This document shows, piece after piece, positions 1 to 11,923 of a stretch of 64,000 nt of DNA. Each line of letters starts with the position of its first letter. The stretch's first letter is position 1. The DNA comes from Octopus bimaculoides (lineage: Eukaryota), in contig NC_068998.1 in assembly GCF_001194135.2 (NCBI RefSeq), positions 45,396,757 through 45,460,756 on the forward strand. The letters run 5' to 3'. The notes under the pieces were generated by a model, which was given only the letters and a program-made list of their open reading frames with translations, searched no databases and was not told where the DNA came from. The position numbers and the translations under genes are program-made.

Positions 1-95
<95 letters not shown>

Positions 96-535
96 TACGT
101 GTGTGCGTGTGATAGAACACATGTGTTACACCTGAGCCATATGGATGTGAAGCAAACTTCTTGACTGCACGACTATATGCATCCATACATATTATGAAGA
201 AATATGTGCAGTTATGCACACACCTACATATACAATATAATTTATAAATTGTTAATATTCTATTGCAACATTCAAGCAAACAATGATAGTCATAGATGAG
301 AATTTAAAGCTTGAAATGTATTTTATAATATTTCCACTGTGAATAAACTGTAATCTTTCACACGTAACAAACCAAATTATTAGTTGAATGCAGTTCACAC
401 ATTCCATGTGAATGTGGCATCTTGTACCTTCTGCTGATTAATGATTTGAAAATTTTTATTGAGAAAAAAAAACAGTCTAGATGTCTGCAATTTTGTTATT
501 GAAATCCATCTTTATCCTCCAGAATATTTATTCAA

Positions 536-681
536 TACTCTTTACTTGTTTCAGTCATTTGACTGTGGCCATGCTGGAGCACCGCTAGGTTACGGGGACG
601 TAAACACACCAGCATCGGTTGTCAAACGATGTTGGGGGAAGGGAACACAGACTCACAAACATATACACACACATATATATA

Positions 682-740
<59 letters not shown>

Positions 741-902
741 GATGGGCTTCTTTCAGTTTCTGTCTACCAAATCCACTCACAAGGCGTTGGTCAGCCAGAG
801 GCTATAGTAGAAGACACTTGTCCAAGGTGTCACACAGTGGGACTGAACCCAGAACCATGTGATTGGTAAGCAAGCTACTTACCACACAGCCACTCCTGCG
901 TC
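536..902 (-). mobile_element. tRNA-derived SINE, family A (internal microsatellite), near full length
   Basis: Head cgcaggagtggctgtgtggtaagtagcttgc..ggttcagtccc, internal (CA)(TA)n, tail ..gtcaaatgactgaaacaagtaaa. Recurs many times in the window. Confidence 0.88.
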
Positions 903-1449
903 TATTTATTTATGTTTTATGATTTATTGATAGAATAGTAATTTCTCTCCATCTGTACTTATCTTGTTACGCTTCACCCATGAAGCCTAATGGATTGTTC
1001 AGCAGTAAATATTCCACCAATGAATACTAGAATGTCAATTGGTCTGTTGTTCTTTCATCACTAACAAATATGATGATGAATGTGTTTCTTTGAGAAGGTC
1101 TAATAACACTGAAACACATCCATAGTTACCTCCCATATTTGCTGAAATGATTAAAGTAATATTAATTATTGGAACGAGAGTCATTTTTTTCATTATTGTA
1201 AAATTACTTCTCACTCCATCAAATATATTTTAATATTAATTTAACTATTAAGATGGTGAATTGACAGAAATGTTACAGTTAGACATGATGTCTTGCTCTT
1301 TACATTTTCAGTTCACATCCTTTTGATATCACCTCTCCCTTTCATCCTTCTAGAGTTGACAAAACGAAATACTAGCGAAATACTGGGGGTTGTGCAATCA
1401 ACTAACCCCCATTCAAAATTTCAAGCTTAGTTCCTATATTGTGAAGGTT

Positions 1450-1680
1450 TGTGGCTTAGTGGTTAGGGAATTTGGCTCATGATTGTCAGGTCATGAGTTC
1501 AATTCCTCACAATGTCATGCGTCATTGAGCAAGGTACTTTATTTCACATTGCTCCAGTCCACTCAGCTGGCAAAAATGAGTAGTGCCTGTATTTCAAAGG
1601 ACCAGCCTTGTCATATTCTCTGTCAAGCTGAATCTTCCTAAGAACTTACATTAAGGGTACACATGTCTGTGGAGTGTTCA
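1450..1680 (+). mobile_element. Mosaic tRNA-SINE: family C-like head and centre with a family D-like 3-prime module
   Basis: gtggcttagtggttag..gagttcaattcc..ttgctccagtccactcagctgg is C-like. It is followed by gtgcctgtatttcaaaggaccagccttgtca..taagggtacacatgtctgtggagtgttcag, the reverse complement of 33995-34095. Confidence 0.7.
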
Positions 1681-1688
1681 GTAGTTTT

Positions 1689-1867
1689 GGGGAAGGAAAT
1701 AAGTCAATTACATCAAACCTCAGTATTCAACTGGTACTTATTTTACCGACCCCAAAAGGATGAAAGGCAAAATTGACCTCGGCAGGATTTGAAATCAGAA
1801 CATAGTGACAGATGAAATGCCACTAAGCATTTTACTCGACATGCTGACAATTCTACCAGCTCACCAC
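1689..1867 (-). mobile_element. SINE family B
   Basis: Reverse complement of the gagctggcagaatcgttagca..gagttcaaattcc..gactttgcctttcatcctttcgggg pattern seen in the other copies. Confidence 0.8.
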
Positions 1868-2249
1868 ATTTATAACAACAACAACAATAATAATAATGAG
1901 AAGAAGGAGGGGGAGGAGGAGGAATACTGAAAAGAAGGTTTTAATATTGATCATGAGGTTACTGAGTTATTGATCCCACAAGGTTATTATATTATCGATC
2001 ACTTGAAAATAAGTTAAAACTTACTACTATAAATCCCTCACAAAACACCACACTATTTATATGTTAGGCTTACTTACTCCAGGTTCCTTTCTCACCTTAC
2101 AGTTTACCAGTAGAAGAATACGAAAGCCATCATATTGTTGAAACATTTGTTTTAGCAATTGAGAAATGTGCAAACTTGCTCAAAAAAAAAAAAAAAAGGA
2201 ATATTGAAACATTAAAAGTAAAAGAAAAATAACATTTACTCCCCTCCCT

Positions 2250-2819
2250 CTAGTGAACATGGTAAACGTTATCCTGGATTTCGATGTAGCATACCAACTC
2301 ACTATCTCAGACTGAACATGGAGGCCTACATCAAGTGCCTGGAGGAGGTAGTGACGCCCTGGATCAAGATGGTGACTGCTGGAAGACCTTGTGCTTGGCA
2401 ACAGGACTCTGCACCGTGCCACACAAGCAGGAGAACCCAGTCTTGACTGTCAGACAATTTCTGCAACTACATCAACCCTAACATCTGGTCACCTAACTCC
2501 CCAGACTGCAACCCCCTTCATTATTATGTGTGGAGTGCAGTTGAGCCAGAGACCAGCAAAACTTCTTGTAACACCAAAGATGAATTAAAGACAAGTAATA
2601 TGGCAGCATTCACCAACTTAAACAAGGAGACCGTCCAGAAGAGCTGCAGGAGATTCCGAAGTCCTCTGGAGGTCGTGGTTGAAGCCAATGGCGATTTTAA
2701 TGAATAAATTTGCTCATTAGTATTTCACAATATGTAATTTTGTTAAATATATCTGTTATTATGATATGTCAGTTATCTTCATTTTTATGTAATTCAGATG
2801 ACAATTTATTCACTGCACC

Positions 2820-2822
<3 letters not shown>
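2250..2822 (+). mobile_element. maT (DD37D) family Tc1/mariner transposon, 3-prime remnant with pseudogenised transposase
   Basis: Frame 2318-2707 reads MEAYIKCLEEVVTPWIK..WQQDSAPCH..*..IWSPNSPDCNPLHYYVW..VVEANGDFNE*. There are exactly 37 codons between D (2405) and the third catalytic position (2519, D>H), and an in-frame TGA at 2444. Ends in ..cactgcaccCTG (reverse complement CAGGGTG) followed by TA. Confidence 0.9.
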
Positions 2823-2854
<32 letters not shown>

Positions 2855-3133
2855 CATAAATATATAGGGATTGACAGTAACCTGCTTCTCCAACATACTG
2901 AGAATTCAGAAATAGCAGCCAAAGAACTACTGATTCCAAAACTACAAATTTTACTCTAAATTGATAGCGATATTTTTGATACACACAGAACAAAAAACAG
3001 TAGAGGAGAGTAAAAAAAACCACTTGCCTTTAGTTAATTTAGTACGATCGTTTCACAGTTAGGAGCAAAGAATACTCCATTCTGATCTTCAGCTAAATAT
3101 TCTAATAAATTTGCTAATGTCTAAATAACTCAC

Positions 3134-3598
3134 NNNNNNNNNNNNNNNNNNNNNNNNNNNNNNNNNNNNNNNNNNNNNNNNNNNNNNNNNNNNNNNNNNN
3201 NNNNNNNNNNNNNNNNNNNNNNNNNNNNNNNNNNNNNNNNNNNNNNNNNNNNNNNNNNNNNNNNNNNNNNNNNNNNNNNNNNNNNNNNNNNNNNNNNNNN
3301 NNNNNNNNNNNNNNNNNNNNNNNNNNNNNNNNNNNNNNNNNNNNNNNNNNNNNNNNNNNNNNNNNNNNNNNNNNNNNNNNNNNNNNNNNNNNNNNNNNNN
3401 NNNNNNNNNNNNNNNNNNNNNNNNNNNNNNNNNNNNNNNNNNNNNNNNNNNNNNNNNNNNNNNNNNNNNNNNNNNNNNNNNNNNNNNNNNNNNNNNNNNN
3501 NNNNNNNNNNNNNNNNNNNNNNNNNNNNNNNNNNNNNNNNNNNNNNNNNNNNNNNNNNNNNNNNNNNNNNNNNNNNNNNNNNNNNNNNNNNNNNNNNN
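3134..3598. other. Assembly gap (465 N)
   Basis: Run of N. Confidence 1.
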
Positions 3599-5682
3599 AT
3601 ATATATATATATAATTTTATGTATCAACTTTATATTATTACTATTTAGTGAGAGTGTTTTAACCACTAGCTAAGTATTTCCAGAAATGATTTTGTTACCT
3701 AACGTTTCGATGTTTTCCTATAACAGAAACAATAGCCATATATCTGACAATATATTTATTTAGTTATATAGCTAACTATAAAGTTATATTCTAAATAGAC
3801 AAGTCAATGTTCACTTTTGTGGGATTTAAACTCAGAACTCAGTTTTCTGCTTTCTCAGACATTCCTCACACATTCTCTATCTGTAGACACAGGGTTGCTC
3901 TTAAACAACATCTTCCTCATATCAGAAACTGCTATCATCCACCACAGATGGGATCGAACATGTTATAAATCTGAAATATCTAAATATCTTTGCTATCATC
4001 TGATGGGGTACCATTTTAGCAAATATTAAATTTTTTGTTTCACAAAGGAAATAATAAATTACTGTGTAATCTGTTTAAATATTGAATTGCCCTAAATGGT
4101 GTGCCATCTCTATTGAAATATCACTTGGAAAATATTTACTTTAATAATTCTCTCTTTTCCCATCCCTCCATACAATTACATTTCATACAAAAACAACTTT
4201 CAATCATTATATTTACAATATAGATTTTCCTATAAGCATAAATGTCTAATTTATGAAAATTCCTTTTGGTTATGTATTTTCAAAATACTTGAGTGTTTTT
4301 AATACTTGTTTTCTTTACTTTTTTTCCTGGTATATTTTTCTTTCTTTTCTATTGGAAAAATAGAAATAACTGTAATTGAATTTTACTTGCAATGATTTTC
4401 AAAGCAAAAAGTCCCATCTGCTACCTATCTTTAATACCCTCTGAGACATGTCACAAAGACCAAAAGTGCTACATTTACTTTTATTATTGATAAAATAAAT
4501 TGCCTCTTCCAAGCAAACTATTCTATCGAAATACAAAACAAATTCATAGTTATATCACAAAAAAAAACTGAAAAGACTGATCTTCCTCCACTGCATTATC
4601 ATTATTTCAAAATCTACTTTTCTTCGTTCATATGGAATACGGGCATCATTCTATCTTTATCAAGCCTGCATCATTTCATCTAAGCACCATGACTCTCTGA
4701 TTAAGCTACCTTCATCTGTCATTACTACTAAATTACAATCTGTGGTGGATTACCTTCATTGCTTTAAATTTCATCTTAGTTGGAAGCATATAACATATTC
4801 ACTGTAAGAAAATTGTCAGTAGCCTGACACTTTAACCAAACAACCACACCCACAGCCATGTGTGTGTGTGTGTGTATGCATGAATATGTAACAATGAAGA
4901 CATAAACGTAGATTAATTGTTTGGGAAACAGATTTTTCTATTTTGTTTCCTTTGAATATTTTTGACCTTAATCTTTTCCTGCACTCATCCATAGAGCAAA
5001 ACAAGGTCATCTTCAGCTCAATTGCACACATCTCGTGGTGTGTTTGCCATTGCATTTTACATAACTGGATTCCTTATAACAGAGTATTCATGCACACATA
5101 TATATATATGTATGCATGTATGTGTGTGTTTAGTTATATTGTAAATTAAAGTAGTTTATCTCTTCCATGCTATCACTTATTAATAATATCCCTTATAATT
5201 ATAAAGCAATAGCAAAACTGCTTGTTGCATGCATGGAGTCTAATATTGAACTGAACACAGTTCAATGGATTAATTCCTTTCAATTGATAGTGACATTATT
5301 TGTTAAGAAGATAGAACATTTCACCTATGATGAAGCATTGATGAGTTCCTTTATTTCCAAAAAGCTTCATTGTACAGCTGTTCCTCTTTGATACTTCAAG
5401 CTACTGAAGCAGCTTGTTTATTCAGGCAGAAGAGGAAACACAAATGAATAATCAGCAATGTCACTTAAATTTAGAATATCTTTCCTTGCAGCCATTTTCA
5501 ATATGTATCTTTTCCTTCTTTTTCTTTTTAATGTCTGTTTTCCATGCTGGCATGTGTTGGACGGTTTGCCAGGAACTGGCCAGCTGAAGAGCTGCCCAGG
5601 TTCCATGTCTGTTTTTGGCATGGTTTCTATGGCTGGATGCCCTTCCTAACACCAACCACTTTGCAATATGTCCTGGGTGCAA

Positions 5683-5890
5683 GCTAGCAGAATCGTTAGC
5701 ATGCTGGGCAAAATGCTTAGCGGTAGTTCATCTGCCATTATGTTTTGAGTTCAAATTCCACTGAGGTCAACTTTGCCTTTCATCCTTTCGGGATCAATTA
5801 AATAAGTACCAGTTATGCACTGGGGTCAATGTAATTGACTTAATCCCTTTGTCAGTCTTTGTTTATCCCCCTGTGGGCAATAAAGAAATA
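5683..5890 (+). mobile_element. SINE family B nested in an RTE-tail-like repeat (5500-6130)
   Basis: aagctagcagaatcgttagcatgctgggc..gagttcaaattccactgaggtcaactttgcc. Flanked by gtcctgggtgc (5670-80) and gtcctaggtgc (5896-5906), a probable degenerate TSD. Confidence 0.82.
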
Positions 5891-7686
5891 AATGCGTCCT
5901 AGGTGCTTTATGCAGCACTGGAAGGGTGTTTTTATACCTGTGCAGGTGCTTTTTATGTGGCACCCATGAGCCCATAAGATTAGGAACCCTCAGCAGAAGA
6001 GGGATGCAGGGGACATGCCTGTATGTAAGGGCTACCATGGTTTTACTTAGCTTCACGTGTCTTCTCAAGCACAGCAGACTGCCAGGAGTCTCAGTCCTCT
6101 GTCGTCCCCTCTATGAGGCCCAATGCCTGATCTTTACCAAAATTTCTATTTGCATACATGGGAAGGCAATGATCACAGCTCGGCTCATTTTGATCAATTT
6201 TAGCCTTGCCTACAGAAACCCAAAATTTTGTTCCTTCACTTCTCTGTCTTTGTATAACACTAATCAACTGATATATTAATAACCTTTTATTACCATATGC
6301 AATATTTGTCTGAAACAACTAAAACTAAAACAGGCAAACCCATTGTGGCTACATAATCAAAAATATGCTTAATTTGATATGGAAGGGAAACACACACATA
6401 TATATTCAATTCGTCATTATACACCAAGACGATTACAGAGCAGGAAAGTATGAAAGGTTAGAGCATTTTTTCACTAATAATATTATATCCTTTTTTAATT
6501 CTGATATAATAGAAAATATAATTTTTAGCTGCGCATTTCATCAAGATTTTTATTATAAATAAACTTTCCTTTTAAATATTTGTATTGAAAATTATGTTTC
6601 TTCTTAAAGCAAGATTGCATTTCGCAAATCTTGGATTAGAATTTATCATTAAATATCAAAAATATGATGCTTCCTTTAAAAACAGCACTGACATATTTTA
6701 TTGTAAGTTCCAATGTTATCAAAGGCAATGGCATAGCTTTTGAAATGGTTTCCTTAGTTTAGTTTTCCGTTTGTGATTTTAAATAATGAAAATAATCTTT
6801 ATAAGTGATTACTTTAATAACTTGGCACATGTTTTGAAACAAGAGGAATCCACTGTGAATACACTTTTGCACAGATTCATTGTAGCGTTCATTGTCTTCA
6901 AGTTATCACCTTCTTAATAACATTAATAATATTTTTCTAAAATATACTGCAAATAGAGGGGTGTGCGAATAGTTCAGTAGATAGCATTCAAGATTTATAT
7001 AACTCATAAGTGGTGATGTCGGGTGGAGTGGCAGCAGTGGTGATGACAGTGATTACAATGAGACAACAACAAAAAGAAGATATTTCAAGCTTTATTTCAT
7101 ATCTAGACATTAAGTAAAAGGTTGTAATGTGTTCAAAATATAAAATTCAATTTGAGAAATTGTTCAAGGCAATAGAAGCAGCCACTAATATTGATGTAAT
7201 TGCATCACTTGAATACAAATATATTCAAGTTTATTTTCCTTAATAAGTTTTCTAATATTTCTTCTCTTCAATTTTTACTCATTGCCCATGGAATTTACTA
7301 TTACGATGGCTCATATTATAGTTGTTTTTCTTTATTATTATTATTATTTTTTTTTTTTTTAATTATTATTATTATTTGTACAAATAGATACAGGAGACTT
7401 GAAATAGTTTAATACAATTTCCTAGTTTTATACATGTCTTTATATACATATGTGTGTGCATATATAAACATATAAATGAATACATATACATACACATAGA
7501 TATATACATACATATACACACACACATACACACACACACATATATATAAGCATATATATATATACACATACATAATCAGACAGACACACACACATACACG
7601 CATGTATACACATATATATATACATAAAATATATATATATACACATATATACTTTTATATATATATAAAATCATATATATACTTAT

Positions 7687-7776
7687 ATATATTTACATAC
7701 AATTTAAATGTGTGTGTGTGTATATATATATATATATACACACACACACATACATTTAAATTGTATGTAAATATAT
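7687..7776. repeat. 90-bp palindrome centred on (TG)n(TA)n(CA)n
   Basis: The 24-bp non-repetitive arms atatatttacatacaatttaaatg (7687-7710) and catttaaattgtatgtaaatatat (7753-7776) are exact reverse complements. Confidence 0.88.
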
Positions 7777-8200
7777 GTAAATATGTAATTTATATGTAAA
7801 TGTATATGTAATTAATTGTAATTGTTGCCTCCACTTTTTCACTCCATTTTGTTTACATGACAGGTATGATGTGCTTGTGGAGAGAGGAGGGACGAGAGGA
7901 GGGAGGAGAGGAGGGAAGGGAAGGGAAAGACAGATGGACAAACAGAAAAAGAGTGTCAGAAATGATTTAAATTTCCAATGTTTAGGAACAAAGAGACGAC
8001 TATTCTGTTCATCAAGTGTACAATTTTCGGGTTTTTTAAATGATTGCTGAACATAACATTGTTCATTCATTTCAGTCATAACAATACTAACTACCTACCA
8101 TACTATTCATTTAACACTACAATCTACCATGCTACCAGCTAACAAATACAAAGTACTGTACTATCGGTTACATAGCAAAGAAGGGATATTGTGATTATTT

Positions 8201-8237
<37 letters not shown>

Positions 8238-8466
8238 CCTTTAGTAAATAATGCACCGAATGAGAGAGAGAGAGAGAGAGAGAACACAGGTGGGTAGTGT
8301 GTGTGTGTGTGTGTGTGTGATTTATAACTATGAAGGAAAGTTTTCTGCATATATTAATAATATGGATATGATTTCTACACAGCTAAGAATGAAGTAAATA
8401 CTGAACAATATTTTTTCTGTTGTTAGTGCACAAAAAAAAACAACAACAACAACAATAATAATGATG

Positions 8467-8502
<36 letters not shown>

Positions 8503-8756
8503 GAAATATGCAAGCCCTTGTCTTTCATATACACACACTTTCTAAGATATGAAGAACAATACTTGAATGGCTAAAGTTCCAGATGCTCAGAACATAGATC
8601 ATGTCATAGATATAACATTATGTATCCTACACTCATCAATCAAACTGTTTTCCTACTGTTCCAGTCTATTTTGCCACTGAAAAAACCTTAGTTGTCTACT
8701 AAGAACAGTGTTTGGCTCTCATAGTTGACCTACTTGAAGGACATTGATAAAATATA

Positions 8757-8788
<32 letters not shown>

Positions 8789-9130
8789 CATCCTTTTGTC
8801 ACAGCCTATTTTTAAGTCCCTCAATTTTTAATTATAATAGGTATCTTTTAGAATGTGACTGAAGATATTCTCAGTTAAGTAAGCTGTCAATGTAGACACA
8901 GTTGTTGAGTATATAGCTTGACAAATAACCAATCATCTGAATTGTTGGAAGTTAGTCAAACTGTGACAAATTTATTGCTTTACTGCATTAAAGCAAAAAA
9001 GGTTAGATATCGGGAATTAGTAAAGAAATTGCAGCTGTGGATGGGATCAAAAGAAGAGACTCGAGTCAATAAGCTGCCTGTCTTCCTTCAAAATGAAGAC
9101 AGATACAATTTGTACATTTTTACATTTTTT

Positions 9131-9487
9131 AACTTTTAATTGTTTCAGTAATCTGGACTGTGGCCACGCTGGGGCACTGTCTTGAAGAATTTTAGTTGAA
9201 CGAATCAACCCCAGTATCTATTTTTTAAACCTAGACTTGTTCTATCAATTGACTTTGTTGAACTGCTAAGTTACAGGAATGTAAACATACCAACGCTGGT
9301 TGTCAAGTGGTAGTGGTAGAAAAACAGATGCAAAGACACACACACAAACATACAACTGACTTCTTTCAGTTTCTATCTACTAAGTCCACTCACAAGGGTT
9401 TGGTCCACCTGAGGCTACAGTAGAATACAATTGCCCAAGGTGCCAGTCATGTAGTGGGACTGAACCCAGAAGCATGTTGTTGAGAAG
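9131..9487 (-). mobile_element. SINE family A, diverged copy
   Basis: Aligns by eye with 536-902. Head truncated at about 9487. Confidence 0.8.
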
Positions 9488-9617
9488 CACATGGTTCCAG
9501 GTTCAGTCCCACTGCGTGGCATCTTGAGCAAGTGTTTTCTACTATAGCCTCAGGCCGACCAAAGCCTTGTGAATGGATTTCGTAGATGGAAACTGAAAGA
9601 AGCCCGTCGTAAATATG

Positions 9618-9656
<39 letters not shown>

Positions 9657-9785
9657 TTGTGTGTCTGCATTTGTCACCCTAGCATTGCTTGACAACCGAT
9701 GGTGGTGTGTTTTGGTCCCCGTAACTTAGCGGTTTGGCAAGAGAGACTGATAGAATAGGTACTAGGTTTACAAAGAATAAGTCCC
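9488..9785 (+). mobile_element. SINE family A, head-to-head with 9131-9487, running into a gap
   Basis: cacatggttccaggttcagtcccactgcgtggc..gaaactgaaagaagcccgtc-(TA)(TG)n-..aagaataagtccc. Confidence 0.88.
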
Positions 9786-10019
9786 NNNNNNNNNNNNNNN
9801 NNNNNNNNNNNNNNNNNNNNNNNNNNNNNNNNNNNNNNNNNNNNNNNNNNNNNNNNNNNNNNNNNNNNNNNNNNNNNNNNNNNNNNNNNNNNNNNNNNNN
9901 NNNNNNNNNNNNNNNNNNNNNNNNNNNNNNNNNNNNNNNNNNNNNNNNNNNNNNNNNNNNNNNNNNNNNNNNNNNNNNNNNNNNNNNNNNNNNNNNNNNN
10001 NNNNNNNNNNNNNNNNNNN
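9786..10019. other. Assembly gap (234 N)
   Basis: Run of N. Confidence 1.
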
Positions 10020-11720
10020 CCCACCCACACACAAATCTTGTATGGACCTGCAGGGGCCATATGGACCCCAATTGAGAACCACTGATCTAGAATGTAGCTG
10101 AAGATATTCCCTGTTGACTGTTTCTTGTACAAATAAGCTTTTAATAAAGACACAGTAGTTGAGTATACAGCTGGACAAATAACCAGTCATCTGAATTGTT
10201 GGCAGACAGTCAAATTGTGACACATTTATAGCTTTATTGTAGTAGAGTAAAAGGTTAGATATTGGGAATTAGTAAAGATCCTAACAGATAGTAACTTGTA
10301 ATCAGTGGTATGAGTGTAAATGTGTCCAAGTCATACAGTAATTAGATTAGATGTGAGGGTATATCTAACAATGACTCGTCTGCCAGTAACAATAAGTCTA
10401 AAGAATATTAGTGATGCATGTAATGATTAGTTTACTAAGAGAATAAGCATTGAACATTTTCATTAAAAATTAATTTAATGAAACTAATTTTCCTCAAGTG
10501 CTGAAAAAATTACAAATTTTGATCACAAAACATTTTAGATACATATATTCATGATGTTTTCCAGATTTTAAGATGAGGTTATTATAGCTTTTATTATTTT
10601 TCAAAGGGTACAATTTTTTAGAATCATATATAAAAGCAAGTAAGTTGGCTCATGCAGTTTAAATCAATGAAGATAGTAATTTAGAATATTCCTCCCAGTT
10701 GAAGTACTCTATTTTTTGCCTATTGTATATATTTTCTATTTTAACCACATTTATTACCACTATTATAGTAGCTGCGTGTGAGTGGCACTTTCTTTATGGT
10801 ATTTGCTTGCCTTGTGCATCTTTTTTATAGATTCTTCTTGTGAAATTAAGGAAGTGCTTAATAAGTTCAACTCTGAGAATGTAATGTTTCTATGCCTTAG
10901 TTGGTGTGCTGTGCTAAAGGGCAAGACTGATTTATCATGTGTAATAACATCATAGGAAATACATTAAAGAATAAGGTGAAGAAATCTTTATACAACTTGA
11001 TAACTTGACAATGCCCTTTCACTTTCATTAAAAATTCAAATCTGTTGTTTAGTTCTAGCAAATAGAAAACAGAATTGTGTTATTCAAGCAGAGATATTTG
11101 CGTAGTTAGCTTAATGAGTTTTTTTTTTTTTTGTGTGTTTTTCTTTTATTCTCAACAGTTTACAAAAATTGTATACGTAAATATTGCAAAAGATAAAAAA
11201 TACAACGAAATTTTTAAATCAATGGAACCATTTTGCATCAGTGACATTTTGATTTGGGGTTTGGATATAGTGCAAGTACATTGGCTGGTTCTTATCAAGA
11301 CATCATGACTTCAGTCCAGAACAATAAAGTAGTTGCATGATTAATGTAACCGGGATATATAGCACATAGCAGAATATGTACATATAATAGATATTCTCAA
11401 CAGCTGAATAAATAGTGATGATCATAAGCACAATAACCTTCATGAGCTGTTATATTTCTGAATCAAATAACAAGAGAGTCTGTGATGTCTATAACTGAAG
11501 TCCACCAGTACAAGGCTATGTAGCTTTTCAACAAGCAAATATTCAACATTCATAACACCAACTTAGTCCAACTTTTCTCATGTATAAAATATAGATGTTG
11601 TTGTTTAACACTACACCAACACTGATGGAGCTCACAGACCTATGATCAAAATTGTTCCAGCAAATAATCAATTCATGTATCTACAACTACATTATTCTAA
11701 TGTGTCTTCACATTAAGATA

Positions 11721-11923
11721 CAGAAATGCCCAAAAATTTGGAACATTTTTTTTAAAAATCAAAATTGTTATGCCCAAGTACAATTCAATTCAAATATATA
11801 CAATGCAGAGATATACTGACCAAACAACTAATTCAATTGTTACTTATATATTAAATATAATTTTGGTCATTTAAAAAAAAAATTAATTTTCAGACCTATG
11901 TTCCAAACTTTTGGCCATAACTG
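11721..11923. mobile_element. Tc1-like MITE or internal-deletion derivative
   Basis: About 26-bp imperfect TIRs: cagaaatgcccaaaaatttggaacat versus atgttccaaacttttggccataactg. TA dinucleotides lie immediately outside both ends (11719-20, 11924-25). Confidence 0.7.

Larger units (their letters stand above)
8850..10277 (+). repeat. Diverged direct repeat of about 180 bp (8850-9025 and 10089-10277)
   Basis: Both copies read agaatgt..ctgaagatatt..gacacagt.gttgagtata.agct.gacaaataacca.tcatctgaattgttgg..aaaggttagatat.gggaattagtaaag. Confidence 0.85.

Noticed and set aside
3690-3730. Hammerhead-like GAAACGTT motif on the minus strand
   Set aside because: The core reads CTGTTATA rather than CTGANGA, and stem I does not pair.
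7756-8079. 107-aa minus-strand ORF as an antisense gene
   Set aside because: It starts with TTG or a weak context, its Pro/Leu run comes from a purine microsatellite, and it has no recognisable homology.
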